From an uncultured delta proteobacterium (GTDB lineage: Bacteria; Myxococcota_A; Polyangia; Polyangiales; Polyangiaceae): DNA of 64,000 nt. The stretch lies in the NCBI GenBank assembly GCA_963782055.1, contig CAWAIF010000003.1, positions 4,352,001 through 4,416,000 of the forward strand, given 5' to 3'. Position 1 is the stretch's first letter; every line of letters begins with the position of its first letter. Under the pieces are notes generated by a model. That model was given only the letters and a program-made list of their open reading frames with translations, had not been told where the DNA came from and made no database searches. Shown one piece after another: positions 30,474 to 39,669 of the stretch. Made by a program: the position numbers and the translations under genes.

Positions 30474-31168
30474 TGGCACGCCCCCGCACCGACATCGAGC
30501 CCCGCATCCTGCACGCCGCCCGCGCGGCGTTCCTCCAGAGCGGCGTGGACGGCGCCTCGCTGCGGACCATCGCGCGGGGCGCGGGCACCAGCGTCGGGAT
30601 GATCTACTACTACTTCCGCACCAAGGAGGACCTGTTCGTCGGCGTCGTCGAGGAGGTGTACGGCAAGCTGCTCGGCGAGATGGCGGCCATCCTCCGGGCG
30701 GAGGGCGCCGTCCGCGACAAGCTGCAGAAGGTCTTCGTGCGCGTCGGCGCCGCGAGCGAGGAGGAGATCGCGGTGGTGCGCCTCATCGCGCGCGAGGCGC
30801 TCTCCTCCACCACCCGCTTCGAGCGGCTCTTCGAGCGCTTCCAGCGCGGCCACGTGGCGCTGCTGCTGGGCGCGCTGGCCGAGGGCGTGGCCGCGGGAGA
30901 GGTGGACGAGGCCATCCCCCTTCCCCTCGCCATGTTCGGCGCGCTCGCGATGGGCGCGCTCCCGCAGTTCGCCAAGCGCGTCGCGGGCGACAGGCTCCCC
31001 TTCAGCGTGCTGCCCGGCGGCGAGGCGCTGGCGGCGGCGTCGACCGACGTGCTCTTCCACGGCGTCGCTCCCCGCGCGGACCGCCGCGCGAAGGCCGAGC
31101 CCGCGGGCGCGGCTACGCCACGTGCGCCTCGGCGGCGTCCTCCAGTCCCTGGCGGATCGCGGTCGTGA
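30473..31168 (+). CDS. TetR/AcrR family regulator
   Basis: SLRTIARGAGTSVGMIYYYFRTKEDL HTH. Confidence 0.9.
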   Translation: MARPRTDIEPRILHAARAAFLQSGVDGASLRTIARGAGTSVGMIYYYFRTKEDLFVGVVEEVYGKLLGEMAAILRAEGAVRDKLQKVFVRVGAASEEEIAVVRLIAREALSSTTRFERLFERFQRGHVALLLGALAEGVAAGEVDEAIPLPLAMFGALAMGALPQFAKRVAGDRLPFSVLPGGEALAAASTDVLFHGVAPRADRRAKAEPAGAATPRAPRRRPPVPGGSRS

Positions 31169-31622
31169 CCCACACGTAGGTCACGGCCCACCCGTGCGCG
31201 GTGTCCACCGTCCAGTTCGGCCCCTCGAGCTCGCGCAGCGCGGCGAGCAGCGCCCGGCCGATCGCGTCGAACGACTCCGCGCTCGTGCCGCGCGCGAAGC
31301 CTCGCTGCGCCATGTGCTCGAGGAGCGGGAACAGGTGCTGCGGCGAGCACAGGTTGGCCATCACGAACCCCACGAAGGACAGCGCGATCTGCCGCTGGTC
31401 GGCGTCGTCCCGCGGGAAGCGGGAGCGCAGCGCGGGCGCCGCGTCGAAGACGTACTCGTAGAAGGCGATCGCCCCCGCGCGCAGGCGGTCCTCGAGTCGC
31501 GCGTACGACGCCAGGACGAGCGAGACGGCGTCCTCGGGGAGTGGATGTGTGCGGAGGCGCACCTCCGAGGTGGCCGGAGCAGGGACGGCGGACTGCATGA
31601 CCTCGAGCGTTGCAGCGACCAT
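31113..31622 (-). CDS. Single-domain globin-fold protein
   Basis: FYEYVFDAAPALRSRF, FDAIGRALLAAL, WT...GW...Y pattern of Vgb/flavohemoglobin-type globins. Confidence 0.75.
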   Translation of the reverse strand: MVAATLEVMQSAVPAPATSEVRLRTHPLPEDAVSLVLASYARLEDRLRAGAIAFYEYVFDAAPALRSRFPRDDADQRQIALSFVGFVMANLCSPQHLFPLLEHMAQRGFARGTSAESFDAIGRALLAALRELEGPNWTVDTAHGWAVTYVWVTTAIRQGLEDAAEAHVA

Positions 31623-31735
31623 GCCGCCCTGCCGCGACGCTCAACCGCGCGAGATCGCGCCGGCGAGGCCCGCGGCATGCGCGCATGCCCGCCGCCGCCC
31701 GCAGCGCGTGCGGGCGGACGCGCAACAAGGCATCC

Positions 31736-32419
31736 TCACTGCGGTGTCCACGTGGGATGCGCGAGGAAGAGGCCGTCGACGAAGCCCAGCCTGTAGAACA
31801 GGAACAAGCCGAAGCCGAGGCTGAGCACGCCGGTGAGCGTGGCCATCGTCCGCGGCAGGGTGCGCAGGCGCCGTGCGGCGAGGGCGAGCGGCGCGAACAT
31901 CGCCACCGTCAGGCCCATCATCCCCACCACGGTGCCCAGGCCGAACACCGCCAGAAAGAGGAACGCCGCGCGCGAGTCGCGCACCGTGGTGAGGACCAGC
32001 AGCGCGACAGCCGCCGACCCCGCGAGCCCGTGCACCAGGCCGACCGCGAGCGAGCGAAGGCCGCGGCTCAGACCGCCCGCGCGCTCCGCGGCGTCCCGCG
32101 CGGCGTGCGCGGCCGCGTCCAGCCGGCGGGTCGCGCCGGTGAGGTTGAGCGCCCCGAGCAGCACGAGCATCACCGCGACGGCCATCTCCAGCCCGAGCCC
32201 GAGCCGTGGCGGGATGACCAGGCCGAGCACCACGATCGCCCCGCCCACGCCGAGGATGGTCACGGTGTGCCCCACGCCCCAGAGGCCGCCCAGCAGCGCG
32301 GCGGACCGCACGCTGCGCTCGCGCGTCGCGAGCGTGGAGACGGCCACGACGTGGTCGGCGTCGGTCGCGTGGCGGACGCCGAGGAAGAGCCCCAGAAGGA
32401 GCACGGACCATGCGGTCAT
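31736..32419 (-). CDS. HoxN/HupN/NixA (UreH-like) nickel/cobalt transporter
   Basis: GVRHATDADHVVAV, WGVGH, GLVHGLAGSAA. Confidence 0.88.
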   Translation of the reverse strand: MTAWSVLLLGLFLGVRHATDADHVVAVSTLATRERSVRSAALLGGLWGVGHTVTILGVGGAIVVLGLVIPPRLGLGLEMAVAVMLVLLGALNLTGATRRLDAAAHAARDAAERAGGLSRGLRSLAVGLVHGLAGSAAVALLVLTTVRDSRAAFLFLAVFGLGTVVGMMGLTVAMFAPLALAARRLRTLPRTMATLTGVLSLGFGLFLFYRLGFVDGLFLAHPTWTPQ

Positions 32420-32488
32420 CGACGCCGGGTGTAGCAGCTCGCGCGCCCCGTAGCACGTCCTTTCGGGATCGTGCTACGCGACGAGGCC

Positions 32489-34279
32489 TCACCCGTTGGC
32501 CGCCCGCGGGGGGGCCGCGTAGAGCGTCGCCAGCCGATCGGCGTGCCGCGCGAGCACCTCCCGCCGCTTCAGCTTGAGCGTGGGCGTGAGCAGGCCGTTG
32601 TCGACGCTGAAGTCCTCGGTGACCAGGATGAAGTCACGCGGGCGCTCGTAGTGCCGGAAGCCGGCGGCGTGCGCCTCCAGCTCCTCCGCCACGAGCTTCC
32701 GCACGTTCGGGTCGCTGGCGAGGTCCGGGCCCAGGGTGATGCCTGTTGCCTCGGCCCAGTGGCGCACCGCCTCCGGGTCGACGACCACGACCGCCACGTT
32801 GAAGGGCCGCCCCTCGCCGTGGACGAAGACGTTCGCCATGTAGGGGGAGAGCTTCAGCTCCTCCTCCAGCGGCGAGGGCATGACGTACTTGCCGTTCTGC
32901 AGCTTGTACTGCTCCTTGATCCGACCGGTGACGAAGAGGTACCCGTCGTCGTCCACGTGGCCCAGATCGCCCGTACGCAGCCCGCCGTCGTCGGTGAAGG
33001 CGCGGGCGTTTTCCTCCGCGCGGCGGTGGTAGCCGAGCATCACGTTCGGGCCGTAGACGACGATCTCCCCCTCCCCCGGCTCGGTCCCCGCGCTGGTGTC
33101 GATGTCCACCAGCACGCCGGGCAGCACGCGACCCACGCTGCCGAGCTTGCGGTGTCCGGGGAAATTGACGGCGACGATGGGGCTCGTCTCGGTCAGGCCG
33201 TAGCCCTCGTAGACGGTGATCCCCAGGGCGTCGATGAACTCGGCCACCTCGCGACCGAGGGTGGCGCTCGCGCTGATGGCGTACTTGAGGCGCCCGCCGA
33301 ACTTCTCCCGGATCTTGCTGAAGACCGCCCTCTGGTCCAGCGCGAGGTCGATCCGCTCCACCGGCCCGAGCGACTCGCCGTGGGCGCGCTTGATCGCCCC
33401 GCGGATCCCCGTCCGGATGACCCGCTGCACGATGCCCGGGCGGTCGGAGATCTGCTGGTTCACCGAGTCGTAGATGCGGTTGAAGATGCGCGGCACCGCG
33501 AACAAGATCGTGGGCTTCACCTCGGCGAGGTTGGCGATGAGGTTCTTCAGGTCGTCGTTGATGGCGACCGAGCACCCCATGCTGATCATGCCGTGGACCT
33601 CGGCCGTCTGGCCGTAGGAGTGCGCCCACGGCAAGAAGGAGAGCGCCCGGTCCTCCGGATCGAAGGTGAAGACCGCGTGCACCGCGCTGATGTTGGACGC
33701 GATGTTGCCGTGACTGAGGAGCACGCCCTTCGGGAGCCCGGTGGTGCCGGACGTGTAGATGAACCCGGCGACGTCGCGCGGGTCGGGTGAGCGCGCAGGC
33801 ACGGGCGAGCGCGCACCGGCGGCGAGCAGCGCGGCGTACGAGGTGGGGTCGTCCGGCGGGCGCTCCAGCCCCACCACGTGCTGCAGCTCGGGCAGGTCGG
33901 GGAGCAGCGCGACGAGCTGGCGGTAGACCTCCTCGTCGGCGGCGATCACCACCTTGGCGCCGCAGTCGTGGAGAATGAAGCGCCACTCGCTCGGTCGCTG
34001 CGCCCGGTACATCGGCACGAAGGCAGCCTCCAGCCCGTACGTCGCGTAGGCCGCCACCGCCCACTCCACGCGGTTGTCCGAGACGATGGCGACGCGGTCC
34101 GCCCTCCCGACGCCGAGGCTCGCCAGCCCCCCGCGGAAGCGGTCGATCAGCGACAGCAGCTCGGCGTAGGTCGTCCAGCTCCACGCGCCTCCGCGCTTGG
34201 TGCCATAGAGATCGCGACCGCCGTAGCGCGCGCAGCTCTTCTGATAGAGGTCGACCAGGTTTCGAAACTGCTCCGCCAT
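32489..34279 (-). CDS. Long-chain fatty acid-CoA ligase
   Basis: YTSGTTGLPKG, EGYGLTETSP, RTGDLG, TPTLKLKR. Confidence 0.93.
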   Translation of the reverse strand: MAEQFRNLVDLYQKSCARYGGRDLYGTKRGGAWSWTTYAELLSLIDRFRGGLASLGVGRADRVAIVSDNRVEWAVAAYATYGLEAAFVPMYRAQRPSEWRFILHDCGAKVVIAADEEVYRQLVALLPDLPELQHVVGLERPPDDPTSYAALLAAGARSPVPARSPDPRDVAGFIYTSGTTGLPKGVLLSHGNIASNISAVHAVFTFDPEDRALSFLPWAHSYGQTAEVHGMISMGCSVAINDDLKNLIANLAEVKPTILFAVPRIFNRIYDSVNQQISDRPGIVQRVIRTGIRGAIKRAHGESLGPVERIDLALDQRAVFSKIREKFGGRLKYAISASATLGREVAEFIDALGITVYEGYGLTETSPIVAVNFPGHRKLGSVGRVLPGVLVDIDTSAGTEPGEGEIVVYGPNVMLGYHRRAEENARAFTDDGGLRTGDLGHVDDDGYLFVTGRIKEQYKLQNGKYVMPSPLEEELKLSPYMANVFVHGEGRPFNVAVVVVDPEAVRHWAEATGITLGPDLASDPNVRKLVAEELEAHAAGFRHYERPRDFILVTEDFSVDNGLLTPTLKLKRREVLARHADRLATLYAAPPRAANG

Positions 34280-34495
34280 CGCGCGCCTCCGGCTGTCGTT
34301 CGCAGGTAGACAAGCATCCGCCGTGCCCCGGCCCTCCGGCGGCGCGGTTCGGCCCCCCGCGCACCACCCGACCGACGCAAGCCGTGCGACCGCGCGAAGG
34401 TGGTGCAGGGCCGCACCGCCCGCCGGGAGCCCCCTCTGGAGCCCAGCATCGTGCCCATCGCCGCCCGGCCCGAAGTGCGGCTACACTGCAGCAGC

Positions 34496-35218
34496 ATGAA
34501 AGAATCCACGGTCTCCATCCCGACGCACGACGGCCCGATGGATCTCTTCGTCGCGCTCCCCGACGACGCGCACGCCCGCCCGGCGATGCTCGTCATGCAG
34601 GAGGCGTTCGGGGTAAACCCCCACATCAAGGACGTGTGCGCGCGCCTCGCGGGCGAGGGCTACGTCGCCATCGCGCCCGACCTCTTCCACCGCGCGGGCA
34701 AGGGTCTGGTCTTCGACTACGGCGACCTGGCGAAGGTCATGCCGGCGGTCTCCACCGTGACCAACGCCACCCTGGAGGCCGACGTGCTCGCGGCCCTCGC
34801 GCACGCCCGCAAGATGCCCGAGATCGCCCCGACGCGGGTGGGCGTCGTCGGCTTCTGCATGGGCGGCTTCACCGCATTCCTGGCCGCGTGCCGCACCGAC
34901 GTGCGCACGGCGGTGTGCTTCTACGGCGCCGGCCTCGTGCGGGCGCGGCCGAACATCGCGCTCTCGCCGCTCCTGCCGGAGACGCGCCACATCCGCGCCC
35001 CCATCCTGATGTTCTTCGGCGACGCCGACGCGAGCATTCCCCTCACCGACGTCGACGCGATCCGCGCCGAGCTCAAGGGGCAGGAGAAGGTCCACGAGAT
35101 CGTCGTGTACCCGAACGCCGGCCACGGCTTCTTCTGCGACAAGCGCGCCGCCTACCACGAGGAGTCGGCGCGCGACGCGTGGACGCGCACCCAGGCGTGG
35201 CTCAGGGCCCGGCTCTGA
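34496..35218 (+). CDS. Dienelactone hydrolase family protein
   Basis: QEAFGVN, GFCMGG, YPNAGHGF. Confidence 0.92.
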   Translation: MKESTVSIPTHDGPMDLFVALPDDAHARPAMLVMQEAFGVNPHIKDVCARLAGEGYVAIAPDLFHRAGKGLVFDYGDLAKVMPAVSTVTNATLEADVLAALAHARKMPEIAPTRVGVVGFCMGGFTAFLAACRTDVRTAVCFYGAGLVRARPNIALSPLLPETRHIRAPILMFFGDADASIPLTDVDAIRAELKGQEKVHEIVVYPNAGHGFFCDKRAAYHEESARDAWTRTQAWLRARL

Positions 35219-35225
35219 TCGACGA

Positions 35226-35411
35226 TCAGGCCTTCAGCGTGCGCAGGCCGACGAGCCTGTAGAGCGGGCAGAACCCGACGATCCCGGTGACCAGCGGCAC
35301 CAGGCCGATCAGCCCGAGGTACGTCCTGGGTCCGACGAACACGAGCGCCAGCAGGCCGAGGCCGAGGACCACGCGCACGACGCGGTCGAGCATTCCTTCG
35401 TTCTTGAACAT
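35226..35411 (-). CDS. DUF2892 (YgaP-like) small membrane protein
   Basis: NEGMLDRVVR...GFCPLY; GGAGG RBS. Confidence 0.88.
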   Translation of the reverse strand: MFKNEGMLDRVVRVVLGLGLLALVFVGPRTYLGLIGLVPLVTGIVGFCPLYRLVGLRTLKA

Positions 35412-35491
35412 GGCATCACCCTCCAGGCGGCGCGGCGACGCGCGTCGCGATCGCAGGTGAGAGCCGTCCGCCGGGCGGAGGGGTTCGGACC

Positions 35492-36292
35492 TCAGGAGCC
35501 GACGTTGCTCGGCCGCGCCGCCCACACCTTCAGCGCGGCCTTCACGCGGGCCTGCACCACCGGGCTCACCGACTCGCTCGACGCGCGGCGGCACATGGCC
35601 AGCGCGCGCTTGAGCGCCTCGCACCGGATGTCGCACGCCGGGCAGCTCGCCAGGTGATCCTCCATGCTCGCGCAGTCGGCCGCGCTGAGGTCACCCTCCA
35701 GCTTGCGCGAGAGCAGGGCCATCACGTCGGGGCAGGCGGGCGTCAGCGGCGGCGCGTCCTGGTCCAGGATGGGGGCGAGCGCGCGGCGCAGCGACTCGCG
35801 CGCGCGGTGCAGCCGGCTCTTGAGCGCATCCACCGAGATGCCCAGCGCCTCCGCCGCCTCCGGCGCGGTGAGGCCCTCGACGTCGCGCAGCACGATGACC
35901 TCGCGGTGCTCGTCGGACAGGCCGTCCAGCGCGCGCGCGAGCTCCAGCTCCAGCTCCCGCCGGGCGGCGCCCTCCTCCGGCGAGGGCGCCTCGTCCTGGG
36001 GCTCGGGCGCCTCGTCGTCGTGGGCCATGGGCTGGTTCTTCAGCCCGCGGCGCCGGCGCGCGCAGGCGCTGCGCGTCAGGGCGAACACCCAGCTGGAGAG
36101 CGAGGAGCGTCCCTCGAAATCCCCGAGGTGCTGCGCGATGGCGAGCAGCGTGTCCTGCAGCACGTCCTCGGCGTCGGGTGCGCTCTTGCACATACGCATC
36201 CCGAACCGGTAGACGGACGGCGCCACGCTCTGCAACAGCTCCTGCAAAGCCTCGGCGTCGCCCTGGCGGGCGCGATCGATCAGCGGGTCCAT
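35492..36292 (-). CDS. ECF sigma factor fused to C-terminal zinc anti-sigma-like (HxxxCxxC) domain
   Basis: DAEDVLQD, FEGRSSLSSW, VLRDVEGL, KSRLHRAR; HLASCPAC. Confidence 0.88.
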   Translation of the reverse strand: MDPLIDRARQGDAEALQELLQSVAPSVYRFGMRMCKSAPDAEDVLQDTLLAIAQHLGDFEGRSSLSSWVFALTRSACARRRRGLKNQPMAHDDEAPEPQDEAPSPEEGAARRELELELARALDGLSDEHREVIVLRDVEGLTAPEAAEALGISVDALKSRLHRARESLRRALAPILDQDAPPLTPACPDVMALLSRKLEGDLSAADCASMEDHLASCPACDIRCEALKRALAMCRRASSESVSPVVQARVKAALKVWAARPSNVGS

Positions 36293-36381
36293 GAGCGTTT
36301 CTTGCACTTGCTTGCAGAAAGAAGCAACCGTGCGCACCCTTCTCGTGGCCGCCCGGCTCTTCCTCGATTACAGAGATAGCC

Positions 36382-36786
36382 ATGAATCCGACCCCCGCCA
36401 ACGCCCGCCGCGCCAACTGGAAGGAGCTCGGCCTGAGCTTCGACGCGGCGCTGGAGAAGCTGCCCGAGGCCCTGAAGAAGGAGGGCTTCGGCGTCATCAC
36501 GCAGGTCGACATGAAGGCGACGCTCAAGGAGAAGCTGGGCGTCGACTTCAGGCGTTACCGCATCATCGGCGCGTGCAACCCCAAGTTCGCGCACGAGGCG
36601 GTGACGGCCGATCCGCAGGTGGGCATCCTGCTCCCGTGCAACGTGGTGCTCTACGAGCGAGACGACGGCAAGACCATGCTCGGCATCATCGATCCCGTCG
36701 AGCAGCTCGGCGGCGACGGCGGGGACATGGCGAACGTGGCGCGCGCTGTGCGCGACAGGCTCGCCAACGTCCTCGCCGCCATGTGA
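36382..36786 (+). CDS. DUF302 domain protein
   Basis: EGFGVITQVD, GACNP, LLPCNVV. Confidence 0.9.
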   Translation: MNPTPANARRANWKELGLSFDAALEKLPEALKKEGFGVITQVDMKATLKEKLGVDFRRYRIIGACNPKFAHEAVTADPQVGILLPCNVVLYERDDGKTMLGIIDPVEQLGGDGGDMANVARAVRDRLANVLAAM

Positions 36787-36805
36787 GGAGCGCGGAGCGC
36801 GGGCG

Positions 36806-37327
36806 TCAGCCCTTGATGGCTTCCACCTCCAGCTCGATGTCGATGCGGTCGCCGACGAGCACGCCGCCGGTCTCCAGCGCCTGATTCCACGTCAGACCGA
36901 AGTCCTTGCGGTCGACCTGCGCCTTGGCGGAGAAGCCGGCGCGCTCGTTGCCCCAGGGGTCCTTCCCGGTGCCCGTCCGCTCGCCGTGCAGCACGACCTC
37001 GCGCGTCGCGCCGTGCATCGTCAGCTCGCCGGTCACCTTGAACGCGTCCGCCGTGCCCTCCACCTTCTTGCTGCGGAAGGTGAGCTTCGGAAACTTCTCG
37101 ACGTCGAAGAAGTCCGCGGAGCGCAGGTGGCCGTCGCGCTTCTCGTCGCGCGTCTCGATGCTCGCCGCCTCGATGTCGACCGAGACGGTGGACTTCTCGA
37201 AGGGCTCCTCCAGCACCAGCGCGCCGGAGAACTTGGTGAACGTCCCGCGCACCTTCGCGAAGACCATGTGCCGGACGGTGAAGTGAACCCCCGAGTGTGA
37301 CGTGTCGATCTTCCAGGTCGTTGCCAT
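36806..37327 (-). CDS. YceI family protein
   Basis: WKIDTSHS, RDGHLRSADFFDVEKFP, DPWG, RKDFGL. Confidence 0.93.
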   Translation of the reverse strand: MATTWKIDTSHSGVHFTVRHMVFAKVRGTFTKFSGALVLEEPFEKSTVSVDIEAASIETRDEKRDGHLRSADFFDVEKFPKLTFRSKKVEGTADAFKVTGELTMHGATREVVLHGERTGTGKDPWGNERAGFSAKAQVDRKDFGLTWNQALETGGVLVGDRIDIELEVEAIKG

Positions 37328-37399
37328 GTTTTCGTTTGCCTCCGGGCGACAACCTAGCCACGAGCTCCATCTTTGAAATCGGCAAACGGTGGATGGTGT

Positions 37400-37418
37400 C
37401 CATCGATCCGATCGATGG
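37400..37418. promoter_or_regulatory. Perfect inverted repeat containing a LysR-type T-N11-A box
   Basis: CCATCGATC-C-GATCGATGG upstream of yceI. Confidence 0.5.
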
Positions 37419-37591
37419 CGTGCGGGCCCGCCGTTCGCGCCGGCCCCGCGGTGCTACGCCCCGTGCGGGACACGACGCCGCACGCGCACACGTCGCGCCC
37501 GGATGCGCACTTATCGCAGGGCCGCGAGGGGCCCACGCCGCAACTCGCGGCACTTTCCCCTGCGGTACGCATGTTGCGATGGCCCCTGCGC

Positions 37592-37993
37592 ATGACGCGC
37601 ATTCTGGTGGTGGACCGGGAGCGCTCGACCCTCAGAGCCTTCCAGGCGCTGCTCGGCCAGGACGGCCACGAGGCCGAGACGTGCCATCACCACGGTGACG
37701 CTCTGGAGCGCCTCGGACGCGGGAGCAGCTACGCCGCGGTGATCGTGGACGCCGGCCACTACCCGTACGACGGCGTCCAGCTGGTCCGCGCGGCGCGCCG
37801 CGCCCCCGGGGCCCCCTGTGTCTTTCTGATGTGCGCCAGCGAGCCCAGCGCGCGGATGCGGCTCGCGGCGCCCTGCCTGGTCCTGCAGAAGCCGGTGGAC
37901 TATTCGCTCGTCCACGCGGCCATCACCTCCTGCCGCTCGTGCGGGCATTGCCGCCGCCACGGCGCCTGTCACGCCAGCGGCCATCACGAGTGA
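37592..37993 (+). CDS. Atypical stand-alone receiver domain with Cys/His tail
   Basis: RILVVD, VIVD, DGVQL, LQKP; C-terminal CRSCGHCRRHGACH. Confidence 0.65.
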   Translation: MTRILVVDRERSTLRAFQALLGQDGHEAETCHHHGDALERLGRGSSYAAVIVDAGHYPYDGVQLVRAARRAPGAPCVFLMCASEPSARMRLAAPCLVLQKPVDYSLVHAAITSCRSCGHCRRHGACHASGHHE

Positions 37994-38071
37994 GCCCGCC
38001 CGCGCCGGGCGCCGCGCGGATCCGGGCGGCGCTCCCCCGATTCGTACGGTCGGGCCTTGACGGCCGCATGC

Positions 38072-38089
38072 GGAATGAATATTCATTCC
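38072..38089. promoter_or_regulatory. TetR operator 1
   Basis: Perfect palindrome GGAATGAATATTCATTCC just upstream of the tetR ATG; TTGACG at 38057. Confidence 0.85.
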
Positions 38090-38093
38090 TCCC

Positions 38094-38666
38094 ATGACGG
38101 TGGAGGACAAGCGGGAGGCCATCCTCTCGGCGGCCCTGGAGCTCTTCGCGGAGCGGGGCTTCCACGGCACCGCGGTGCCCGCCATCGCCGAGCAGGCCGG
38201 CGTGGGCGCGGGGACGATCTACCGCCACTTCGAGAGCAAGGAGGCCATCGTCAACGCCCTGTATCAGCGCCACAAGGCGGCGATGGTCGCGTCCATCCTG
38301 GACGACTTCCCCTTCGCGGCGCCCACGCGCGAGCAGCTCCACCACTTCGTCACGGGGGTGCTCGCCTTCGCGCGCAAGCACCCCACCGCCTTCAAGTTCC
38401 TCGAGCTCCACCACCATGCCCCCTACCTGGACGCCAAGAGCCGGGACGCGGAGATGCAGGTGATGACCCTCGCCAACCGGTTCTTCGAGCAGAACGAGCG
38501 CGGCCGCGTCATCCGGCGCGCGCCGCCGGGGGTGCTGGGCGCCCTGGTGTGGGGCGCGGTCGTGGGCCTCGTCCGCGCCGCGTGGGAGGGCCGCGCCAAT
38601 CTGTCGGCCAAGAGCGAGAAGGCCTTCGAAGAAGCCCTCTGGGACGCCATCCGGCGCCCCGATTGA
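38094..38666 (+). CDS. TetR/AcrR family regulator
   Basis: IAEQAGVGAGTIYRHFESKE HTH. Confidence 0.92.
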   Translation: MTVEDKREAILSAALELFAERGFHGTAVPAIAEQAGVGAGTIYRHFESKEAIVNALYQRHKAAMVASILDDFPFAAPTREQLHHFVTGVLAFARKHPTAFKFLELHHHAPYLDAKSRDAEMQVMTLANRFFEQNERGRVIRRAPPGVLGALVWGAVVGLVRAAWEGRANLSAKSEKAFEEALWDAIRRPD

Positions 38667-38686
38667 AGCGACCCTGTGTCCAAAAT

Positions 38687-38704
38687 GGAATGAACGTTCA
38701 TTCC
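38687..38704. promoter_or_regulatory. TetR operator 2
   Basis: Perfect palindrome GGAATGAACGTTCATTCC upstream of the SDR gene. Confidence 0.85.
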
Positions 38705-38731
38705 TCTTATCCCCAAGGAGACCTGCCTGCC

Positions 38732-39619
38732 ATGAAGAAGCTGACCATCCTCGTCACCGGCGCGACCGCCGGCATCGGCCGTCACACCGCCCTCGCCCTC
38801 GCCCGGCGCGGCCACCGCGTCTTCGCGACGGGCCGCCGGCAGCACGCGCTCGATGCCCTGGCGAAGGAAGCGGCGGGGCTGGAGCTGGAGACGCTGACGC
38901 TCGACGTGACGAAGGCCGAGTCCATCGCCGCCGGGAAGGCCGCCATCGACGCGGCGACGGGCGGGTACGGCGTGGACGCGGTCGTGAACAACGCGGGCTA
39001 CGGGCTGCTCGGCCCGCTGGAGGAGCTGGACGACGCCGCGCTGCACGCGCAGTTCGAGACCAACGTCTTCGGGCTGATGGCGGTGACGCGCGCCTTCGTC
39101 CCGGCGATGCGCGCGCGCGGGTTCGGCCGCGTGGTCAACGTGAGCAGCATCGGCGGGCGCGTCGTCTTCCCGATGATGGGCGCGTACAACGCCACCAAGT
39201 TCGCGGTGGAGGCGCTGAGCGACGCGCTTCGCCTCGAGCTCGGGCCGTTCGGCGTCGGCGTGTCGCTCATCGAGCCCGGGATGATCCAGACCGAGTTCAC
39301 CGACGTCGCGCTGGGCGGGCTGGAGGTGCCGGAGGGCTCGCCGTACGCGCCCGTCGTCGCCGACTCCGAGCGGATGCGCAAGGCCTTCGAGGCGACGGGC
39401 GTGGGCCCGGAGCACGTGGCGCGCGCCATCCGCAAGGCGCTGGAGTCGCGGCGGCCGGCGGCGCGCTACGTGGCGCCGTGGCGGAGCTACCTCGGCATCT
39501 ACGCCTTCCGGCTGCTGCCGACGTCGTGGATGGACGCCATCCTGCGCGCCGCCACCGGCCTCACGCGACGCAAGCTCGCGCGGGGCGGGGCGGCCCGCGC
39601 CCTCCCCGCGGGCGCCTGA
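38732..39619 (+). CDS. Short-chain dehydrogenase/reductase
   Basis: TGATAGIG, NNAG, YNATK; AAGGAG RBS. Confidence 0.93.
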   Translation: MKKLTILVTGATAGIGRHTALALARRGHRVFATGRRQHALDALAKEAAGLELETLTLDVTKAESIAAGKAAIDAATGGYGVDAVVNNAGYGLLGPLEELDDAALHAQFETNVFGLMAVTRAFVPAMRARGFGRVVNVSSIGGRVVFPMMGAYNATKFAVEALSDALRLELGPFGVGVSLIEPGMIQTEFTDVALGGLEVPEGSPYAPVVADSERMRKAFEATGVGPEHVARAIRKALESRRPAARYVAPWRSYLGIYAFRLLPTSWMDAILRAATGLTRRKLARGGAARALPAGA

Positions 39620-39669
39620 CCCTGCCGACGAGCTTTGCTCTGCTGTGACGCGAGGCTATCCTCGCGGCC

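Noticed and set aside
31674..31689. Palindrome GGCATGCGCGCATGCC upstream of the globin
   Set aside because: Single GC-rich palindrome; could be chance, with no second copy seen
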